Assembly (NCBI GenBank): GCA_964454175.1
Contig: CAYVSA010000001.1
Coordinates: 1-64,000, forward strand
From: an uncultured Pseudomonadota bacterium
GTDB taxonomy: Bacteria > BMS3Abin14
Length of the DNA: 64,000 nucleotides
Direction: 5' to 3'
This document shows, piece by piece, positions 57,558 to 64,000 of this stretch; position 1 is the first letter of the stretch, and the number at the start of each line of letters is the position of its first letter. Both the position numbers and the translations under genes were made by a program. Below the pieces are notes generated by a model. That model was given only the letters and a program-made list of their open reading frames with translations, did no database searches and had not been told where the DNA came from.

Positions 57558-59027
57558 ATGCTGACGATACTTCTTCCGGATTTCAGGGTTATCGCACCGG
57601 AGCTGATACTGACTGGCACTGCTTTTGCGGTGATACTGTGGGAGCTTATCACCCGCGTAAAGGACCATACAGTTTCAGCCATGATCTCAGCTGCAGGCGT
57701 TCTGGCTGCCCTGGCTGTTGCGGTAAAGTACTCAAGCCTGGTTATCTCAACATTTTCTGGAACCATCGTTCTCGACCCCTATGCGTCATTTTTCAAAGTA
57801 ATTTTCCTCTTCGGGCTGATCCTCACGATCACGATTTCTCTGCGGTATATAAAGGATGGCGGCACAGCTGACCACGCCGAGTACTATGCTCTTTTACTCC
57901 TTGCCACAGTGGGTATGATGGTGATGGCCATCGGACGCGAGCTGGTAACCATCTTTCTGGGTCTTGAACTTCTGTCCATGTCCCTTTACATTCTTGCCGG
58001 GTTTTTCAGGGATGACGGCAGATCGAACGAAGCGGCGGTCAAATACTTTATCCTGGGATCCTTTGCCACCGGTTTCATGCTCTTCGGGATGTCATATGTC
58101 TACGGCGTTGCTGGCAGTACCCACCTGAAATCTATCGCTTCCATTCTTTCACAACACCCCGGGGCATTAAAATCCAATGCACTGCTCCTGGGGATGTTCA
58201 TGATCATAATGGGGTTCGGGTTCAAGGTGTCTGTTGTGCCTTTCCACCAGTGGACACCTGATGTTTATGAAGGTGCCCCAACGCCGGTGACCGCTTTCAT
58301 GTCTGCCGGGCCGAAAGCTGCCGGGCTGGCCGCACTTATCAGGATTCTAATGGAAGCCATGCCCCAGCTGATGGGGAAATGGGAACTCCTGTTGACGATC
58401 CTGGCCATCCTGACCATGACGCTGGGCAACCTCGGTGCCCTGGCACAGAAGAACATTAAACGCATGCTGGCTTATTCGTCCATCGCCCACGTGGGATACA
58501 TCATGATCGGCATCGTTGCTTCCGTGAATGGGCGTTTTGACAGGGCTCTTTCCTCGGTGTTGTTTTACCTCCTGGCCTATACTTTCATGAACATCGGTGC
58601 TTTCGGGATATTGATATTCATGAAGCGTGAAGGAGTGAAGGGAGATAACCTTGAAGACTTCACGGGCCTTTCACGCAGAGCACCAGGAGTGGCCCTGGCC
58701 ATGCTCGTCTTTTTGTTTTCTTTGGCGGGGATACCTCCAACAGCGGGCTTTGCTGCAAAATTGTCTATATTCTACGCTGCTGTCCAGGGAGGCTACTATA
58801 CGTTAGTCGTGATCGGCATCCTGAACAGCGCGGTCGCAGCTTACTACTACCTGAGAGTGATCGTTGTCATGTATATGCAGGAACCTTCCACCCAGGAAGG
58901 TTTCTCTGGCACCTCGCCGCTCCTGTGGGCGGGAATTTTCATTGCTCTTGCCGGCACGCTGGTCCTGGGAATACTTCCCGGCGGCGTCCTGGAAGCGGCC
59001 CGCCTGTCCGTCATGTCCCTCCTCTAA
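57558..59027 (+). CDS. nuoN: NADH-quinone oxidoreductase subunit N
   Basis: EAAVKYFILG, FKVSVVPFHQWTPDVYEGAPT, KRMLAYSSIAH, GIPPTAGF. Confidence 0.97.
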   Translation: MLTILLPDFRVIAPELILTGTAFAVILWELITRVKDHTVSAMISAAGVLAALAVAVKYSSLVISTFSGTIVLDPYASFFKVIFLFGLILTITISLRYIKDGGTADHAEYYALLLLATVGMMVMAIGRELVTIFLGLELLSMSLYILAGFFRDDGRSNEAAVKYFILGSFATGFMLFGMSYVYGVAGSTHLKSIASILSQHPGALKSNALLLGMFMIIMGFGFKVSVVPFHQWTPDVYEGAPTPVTAFMSAGPKAAGLAALIRILMEAMPQLMGKWELLLTILAILTMTLGNLGALAQKNIKRMLAYSSIAHVGYIMIGIVASVNGRFDRALSSVLFYLLAYTFMNIGAFGILIFMKREGVKGDNLEDFTGLSRRAPGVALAMLVFLFSLAGIPPTAGFAAKLSIFYAAVQGGYYTLVVIGILNSAVAAYYYLRVIVVMYMQEPSTQEGFSGTSPLLWAGIFIALAGTLVLGILPGGVLEAARLSVMSLL

Positions 59028-59213
59028 AAAGTAATTTCTCCTGGTTCATCTTTAGAGCAGCCCCTATCGTACGGTGCGGTGCTACTAAATCGTGTATTCA
59101 GTTTTGAGACCAGAGTCAATCCATCAGAAGGTGTTTTCAAAAAGGTATGCGGTCCACCACCGGCACTTCACGCGCGTGGTGCTTGAGGCGCACTGACTGG
59201 GCCGAGACTGGTT

Positions 59214-59561
59214 TTAACCGGGTTCTTCCAGCGAGAGGCGGCTGTGGACGTATTCGTCAAGCAAATCTGCATCCTGCTGGCTTATATCCTGGAACTGGAT
59301 ACCCATTCCCGGCGGGCCGGCGGCGGTGGCCATATTTCTGCTCCAGGCAACGGAGCCCGTCACATTGAAAGAGTGACCAGCGTCGGGCAGGTAGAAGTTG
59401 ATCTGCAGGAGAGCGCCGGGTTTTAAAGGCGAGAAGGTTTCGATAAAAAGGCCCCCTCTACTGATGTTCAGGATATACTCAGTGACGTCCTCGGCTACTT
59501 CGCCGAAGCTGACTTCAACATATAGGGGTACTCTTGGGTGTCTGCGCTGCTCAGAGTACAT
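59214..59561 (-). CDS. PilZ domain protein
   Basis: Intact RRHPR (RxxxR) and NISRGG; GMGIQF. Confidence 0.9.
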   Translation of the reverse strand: MYSEQRRHPRVPLYVEVSFGEVAEDVTEYILNISRGGLFIETFSPLKPGALLQINFYLPDAGHSFNVTGSVAWSRNMATAAGPPGMGIQFQDISQQDADLLDEYVHSRLSLEEPG

Positions 59562-59858
59562 TTTTCTTTCTCCTGTCAGTTTGATAAGGTGGGGCAGCTT
59601 TGTCTGTTTAGCGGACCTTTATGTAACTTATACATGTTTGGTACTCTTCTTTCACTAATTTTTATCGTTCGGTTTCGCTTTCCCCAAGCTGATAAAATCA
59701 AGTTGGTTGACCTTGAACAGGGTTATTAGTAAAAGATAATTGGAAGGGACAGGATATTGTAGTTACCAGCTATTTTACTCAGGCCGCCTTCTGTACCGGC
59801 AGGTATATCCGTTTTTCCGAAAATTGTTGATAAACGCGTCAGGGTCCCATGGATCGAG

Positions 59859-61499
59859 GTGAAGATGATGTTTAACAGAGCTGCAGCCCTTTTATGCGAT
59901 ATAGCCGGGTATGGCAACATGGCCCTTTCTTCTGATGCTACTGTAGGAGAGATGATTGAAAAGATGTTCGAAAATTCAAAGGGCGCTGTTGTGATCCTGG
60001 GAGAAGGGGACCGTCCAGTCGGTATCCTGACCGAAAGGGATGCTGTCAGGATGCTCTTCGAAGGAGTGGATCTGGAGAAACCTGCCATAGATCACGCAAA
60101 AAAGTCCATCATCTCCGCTCTGGGGGACAGATCCGTTGGACACGCCCTCAATCTGATGCTGGAAAACAATATCCGGAGGCTGGTGGTGGTGGACGAAATG
60201 GACATCTTCCTCGGTCTGGTGACGCAGCAGGACCTGATGATACACCTGGAGGAAGATTTCTACAGGGCCGCTATTAAAGCCAGACATATAAGGGATCAGC
60301 TCAAAAAGCTGGTCAGTTCATCGCCCAGCGAGTCTATCAGTTCGGTTCTTGAAAAAATGGTTCTGGAAAACGTCAGTGCGGTCCCCGTACTCCAGAAGGG
60401 CAAACCGGTGGGCATGGTAACGGAGATGGATTTGCTGGGAATAGTGATGGAGGGTGTGCCCTTCGGTGACAAGATAGGGCTGTACATGTCTGATTCCGTT
60501 GAGTGCGTTGAAATGGACGACAAACTGGTGGACATTGTAAAGGTTCTTAATGCAATGGATGTCCGGCGGGTAGTCCTGTGCGACGAGGAAGGTCTTGCTG
60601 TGTCCGTTATCACGAACAGGGATCTGGCCAGCAACCTGGAGGGGGACTACAGCGAATTTCTGGAAAAGAAGCTGACTTACTCCAAGGAGATCCTGAACCT
60701 GTTGCCGGAGATGATCATGGAGCTCGTGGACACAGGAGAAGACCAGCTTGTGCTGTGGTGTAATGACAAGGTGGCGGGCAGGTTCGGTGAGAATATCATT
60801 GACTCATCCATAACCAGGCTCGTCCCGCCCGAGCGGTGGAACAAGATATGTGGTGTTCTCAGGAGGCAGGGCCGGGTAGAGGACGTAAAGTATAAAAAGG
60901 ACGGAACTGTTTATGAATTTTCAGGGTTTTACCTGCCCCTGGATAAGCCTTCCGAGATGGGACGGATACAGCTCATAGTAAGGGACATTACCGAAGAGGA
61001 GATGCTTGCCACAACGGATCCCCTGACCAGCGTGTACAACAGAAGGTACATGAACGAGTTCCTCGGTAGAGAGATACAGAGGAGCAGCCGCATGGCAAAG
61101 GAGTTTGCGGTTATCCTGGTCGACATTGACGATTTCAAGAAGGTCAATGACACATTCGGCCATGCGTCTGGTGACTACGTGCTGAAAACAATTGTTGGGG
61201 TTATCATGTGCGGCACCAGGGATTATGACGTTGTTGGCAGGTATGGGGGCGAAGAGTTCCTGATAATACTTCCTGAAGTGGACCGCCTGGACGCCAAGCT
61301 GGTGGCTGAAAGGATAAGGAGTGCTATTTCAGAGAAGAAGTTCGAGGTAATTGGCGGCGAGGTAGTAAAACTTACTGCCAGCCTTGGGGGCGCCTGTTAC
61401 GGGGTCGACGGAGCCTCCCAGGATGACCTGCTTACCATGGCTGACAGGAGAATGTACAAGGCAAAAGAAGCAGGGAAGAACAAAGTGGTTTTCGATTAG
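59859..61499 (+). CDS. Diguanylate cyclase with two CBS pairs and a PAS-like linker
   Basis: Four CBS motifs (GILTERD, GLVTQQD, GMVTEMD, VITNRD); DPLT..YNRR; DIDDFK.VND.FGH..GD; RDYD I-site; GGEEF. Confidence 0.93.
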   Translation: MKMMFNRAAALLCDIAGYGNMALSSDATVGEMIEKMFENSKGAVVILGEGDRPVGILTERDAVRMLFEGVDLEKPAIDHAKKSIISALGDRSVGHALNLMLENNIRRLVVVDEMDIFLGLVTQQDLMIHLEEDFYRAAIKARHIRDQLKKLVSSSPSESISSVLEKMVLENVSAVPVLQKGKPVGMVTEMDLLGIVMEGVPFGDKIGLYMSDSVECVEMDDKLVDIVKVLNAMDVRRVVLCDEEGLAVSVITNRDLASNLEGDYSEFLEKKLTYSKEILNLLPEMIMELVDTGEDQLVLWCNDKVAGRFGENIIDSSITRLVPPERWNKICGVLRRQGRVEDVKYKKDGTVYEFSGFYLPLDKPSEMGRIQLIVRDITEEEMLATTDPLTSVYNRRYMNEFLGREIQRSSRMAKEFAVILVDIDDFKKVNDTFGHASGDYVLKTIVGVIMCGTRDYDVVGRYGGEEFLIILPEVDRLDAKLVAERIRSAISEKKFEVIGGEVVKLTASLGGACYGVDGASQDDLLTMADRRMYKAKEAGKNKVVFD

Positions 61500-61695
61500 A
61501 TTTCAGCTGGACTACGCTGAGTAGTATCGCTATGAAATGATATCAAAAAGATAGCTTGTCCTGGATTCTTTGCGACCTTTTGCATATTCCCGGGCAGCCG
61601 GGACTTAGAAGACCTACCGGGTTCTGGCGCCACATGAACTCCAGCCCTGGAACTATTTGTACACGCCTTGTTATCACAGGCTCAGACAGGGTGAA

Positions 61696-62598
61696 TCAGA
61701 CCGACTCAGGTTCAATAAAAATACGCTTTACCTCAGGATGGTTCTCCTTAATGGACCTGTCCAGTTCCATAAGGATCCTTTCCACCTCGCCGGCGGGTAT
61801 TTTGTCGGTAAAGTCCACGGCAAGGTTTGCCAGGATGTAATCAGGGCCCATGTGAAGTGTCAGGACTTCCTTGACAGACTCAATTTCGGGAACGGACTCA
61901 GCAAGGAGGCGAATGCTTTTTACCGTCTCTTTATTCGCGCTCTCTCCGATCAGGAGGCTTTTGGTCTCATAAGCAAGCCAGATCGCTGTTCCGCCGAGGA
62001 TCAGTGAAATGACGATGGAGGCCGAGCTGTCGAAAAAACTATTCCCTGTAATGTGACTCAGTAATACTCCTGCAAATGCGGCAAAGATCCCGAGAATGGC
62101 AGCAGAGTCTTCAAAGAATACAACGAACAGGGAAGGGTTCTTGCCCCTCCTGACGGCCTCGAAATACCCAAGATTGCCTTTGGTTTTTGCGAACTCCCGC
62201 CTGGCGATGTTCCAGGTAATACCCTCAAATATCATTGCCAAAGCAAGAACCATGTAGTTCACGTATGGACTTCCGAGTGTGCCGGGGTGGCGCAGGTTGT
62301 GTATGCCTTCGTAGGCAGACAATCCCGAACCCAGTGAAAATATCAAAATGGCTACGACAAAACTCCAGAAATAAATTTCTTTACCATGTCCAAAGGGAAA
62401 CTCATCATCAGGAGGTTGGGATGCTCTGTTGATGCCGTATAAGAGCAGGACCTGGTTGCCCGTGTCTACGAGCGAGTGTATGCACTCAGCCACCATCGCT
62501 GAGCTGCCGGTGATGGCGGCAGCGCCGAATTTCGTCACTGCTATCAGCAGGTTGCCGGCGAAGGCGGCAAGGATGACTTTTTTTGAACCCGTCGACAT
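61696..62598 (-). CDS. Cation diffusion facilitator family transporter
   Basis: KF.AA.ITGSSAM.AE..HS..D, PFGHGKE, EDSAA, IGESA. Confidence 0.93.
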   Translation of the reverse strand: MSTGSKKVILAAFAGNLLIAVTKFGAAAITGSSAMVAECIHSLVDTGNQVLLLYGINRASQPPDDEFPFGHGKEIYFWSFVVAILIFSLGSGLSAYEGIHNLRHPGTLGSPYVNYMVLALAMIFEGITWNIARREFAKTKGNLGYFEAVRRGKNPSLFVVFFEDSAAILGIFAAFAGVLLSHITGNSFFDSSASIVISLILGGTAIWLAYETKSLLIGESANKETVKSIRLLAESVPEIESVKEVLTLHMGPDYILANLAVDFTDKIPAGEVERILMELDRSIKENHPEVKRIFIEPESV

Positions 62599-62978
62599 CA
62601 GTTCAACTCCGGTCAGCTAGACTTCCATATGGTATTTACCATCTGCCGGCAGAAAGATACAGCAGGCAGGAGATTTGATTCCGTAATCTTTCGGAGTGCG
62701 TTGGCATAATACAGGACATTGAAATGGAGTAAAAGCATCAGGGAACCGGCTGAAACAAGGACTTCATTTTGATGGTAAACATTAAACATCTATTGATATC
62801 ATTTTTATATCACAGACTGATATTCTGTTCATTAAGTTCATATTTGGCTGCGTGGCTGCTGATCCACCGCCAGAAAAATCGCTAACTTATGTTCAGGCGG
62901 GTTATAGATTCCGGTGGGTTGCAATTTCCGGAAATAGACTTATAATCCACGCTTATGCCTTGAAAGGAGGACGTAAAA

Positions 62979-63458
62979 GTGAACGTTAAAAAGGACATGG
63001 TAGTAACTATTGATTACACGCTCCGGGATGAGGACGGGGAAGTGATAGACTCGTCCAGTGATCACGGACCGCTGACATATCTGCATGGTGGCGGGAATAT
63101 CATACAGGGCCTTGAAGATGCCCTGGAAGGAAAGTCGGCAGGTGACACCTTGAATGCTGAGATAGCCCCCGAAGGCGGTTATGGCCTTCGCGACGAAGGC
63201 CTGACTCAGGTTATTCCCAGGGATGTATTCGGTTTTGAAGGGGACCTCGAGGCCGGAATGCAGTTTCAAGCGCCGACAGAAGACGGCGACATCGTGGTAA
63301 CTGTTGTGGAGGCCACAGAGGACAGCGTTACTGTAGACGGCAACCATCCCCTCGCCGGAATGCCTCTTCATTTCGAAGTGACTGTACTTGAACTCAGGAA
63401 GGCAACGGCAGAGGAACTGGAAAGCAGCCACGTACACGGAGCCTCCTGCGAACACTGA
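62979..63458 (+). CDS. slyD: FKBP-type peptidyl-prolyl isomerase SlyD
   Basis: IDYTL, YLHG...I.GLE.ALEG, PE.GYG, VDGNHPLAG..LHF, short His/Cys tail. Confidence 0.93.
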   Translation: MNVKKDMVVTIDYTLRDEDGEVIDSSSDHGPLTYLHGGGNIIQGLEDALEGKSAGDTLNAEIAPEGGYGLRDEGLTQVIPRDVFGFEGDLEAGMQFQAPTEDGDIVVTVVEATEDSVTVDGNHPLAGMPLHFEVTVLELRKATAEELESSHVHGASCEH

Positions 63459-63537
63459 GAAAACATTTACCCTGATTTGCTGGCGGTCGGGGCCCGAGTC
63501 TATTGAACCTGATGCATCTCCCGGAATCTTCATTTCC

Positions 63538-63566
63538 TTGACGCAGGCTTTAGTTGCGTCTAGATT
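63538..63566 (+). promoter_or_regulatory. Sigma70-type promoter
   Basis: TTGACG-N17-TAGATT upstream of the ABC substrate-binding gene. Confidence 0.6.
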
Positions 63567-63666
63567 AATTTAAGTTCATCTGTTTCGGTTTGAGGAGTCC
63601 GAGCCGTCCTGCTCGACAATGATGGGCCGCAAAACAAATGCGTGGTCCGGCCAGAGGAGGTGTGTT

Positions 63667-64000
63667 GTGAAGAAGCTGTTTGTTTCCTGGATAATTGTTG
63701 TAATTGCTGTGAGTATCGGGGCCCCGGCTGGTGCAAGGAGCTACACTGTTTCGGTGAACCAGATAGTGGAACACCCTGCACTTGATGCCGTTCGAAAAGG
63801 GTTTCAGGATACGCTGAAAGAGAAGGGGTACGATGTTAAGTACAATGTTCACATTGCCCAGGGCAACATCTCCACGGCAAACCTTATAGCCAGACAGATC
63901 CTCGGTGAGAAGCCCGACCTGGTGCTCGGCATTGCAACACCAACATCACAGGCATGCGCACAGGTCATCAAAAAGACGCCTATACTGATCACCGCTGTGA
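63667..64000 (+). CDS. ABC transporter substrate-binding protein (ABC_sub_bind type), truncated by window end
   Basis: Not in the ORF track. Manual translation from the GTG after GAGGAGG: MKKLFVSW...QIVEHPALDAVRKGF...IAQGN...IATPTSQA...PILITAV. Confidence 0.9.
   Translation, partial: MKKLFVSWIIVVIAVSIGAPAGARSYTVSVNQIVEHPALDAVRKGFQDTLKEKGYDVKYNVHIAQGNISTANLIARQILGEKPDLVLGIATPTSQACAQVIKKTPILITAV

Noticed and set aside
59030-59212. GC-rich hairpins between nuoN and the PilZ gene, possible ncRNA
   Set aside because: No recognisable RNA family motif; may simply serve termination between convergent genes.
62600-62975. Long divergent intergenic region between the CDF transporter and slyD, possible metal riboswitch or operator
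   Set aside because: No motif that I can match with confidence by eye.

Overview
Bacterial chromosomal window, mostly GC-rich, with gene content and order typical of Deltaproteobacteria/Desulfobacterota-like anaerobes (taxon inferred, not proven). Positions 1-1.4 kb are an AT-rich decaying Rhs polymorphic-toxin cassette (orphan toxin tip, small membrane immunity candidate, and a second Rhs-core fragment). Positions 1.5-29 kb are housekeeping and accessory genes: priA, a MinD/FlhG-like ATPase, a B12-radical SAM enzyme, a lone GspJ-like pseudopilin, moaA with a Moco riboswitch, an MshEN protein, tatBC, nadA, moaC, a membrane-anchored GltD-like flavoprotein, two PPIases, mfd, heptose genes and rex. 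Positions 29-59 kb are an energy-metabolism block: two multiheme cytochromes c plus a cytochrome b, the ATP synthase F0 genes, hemL, and a 22.5-kb nuoA-N operon. That operon is the most notable item. Between nuoG and nuoH it carries a cNMP-binding protein, a complete second input module (NuoE2, a HydB-type NuoF fused to a GltD/NfnB flavoprotein, and an FdhF/SfrA-like subunit lacking the Mo ligand) and a zinc-ribbon TPR protein. The window ends with PilZ, CBS-GGDEF, CDF transporter, slyD and a truncated ABC substrate-binding gene. No rRNA, tRNA, CRISPR array or transposase was recognised. All calls come from motif reading without database searches.
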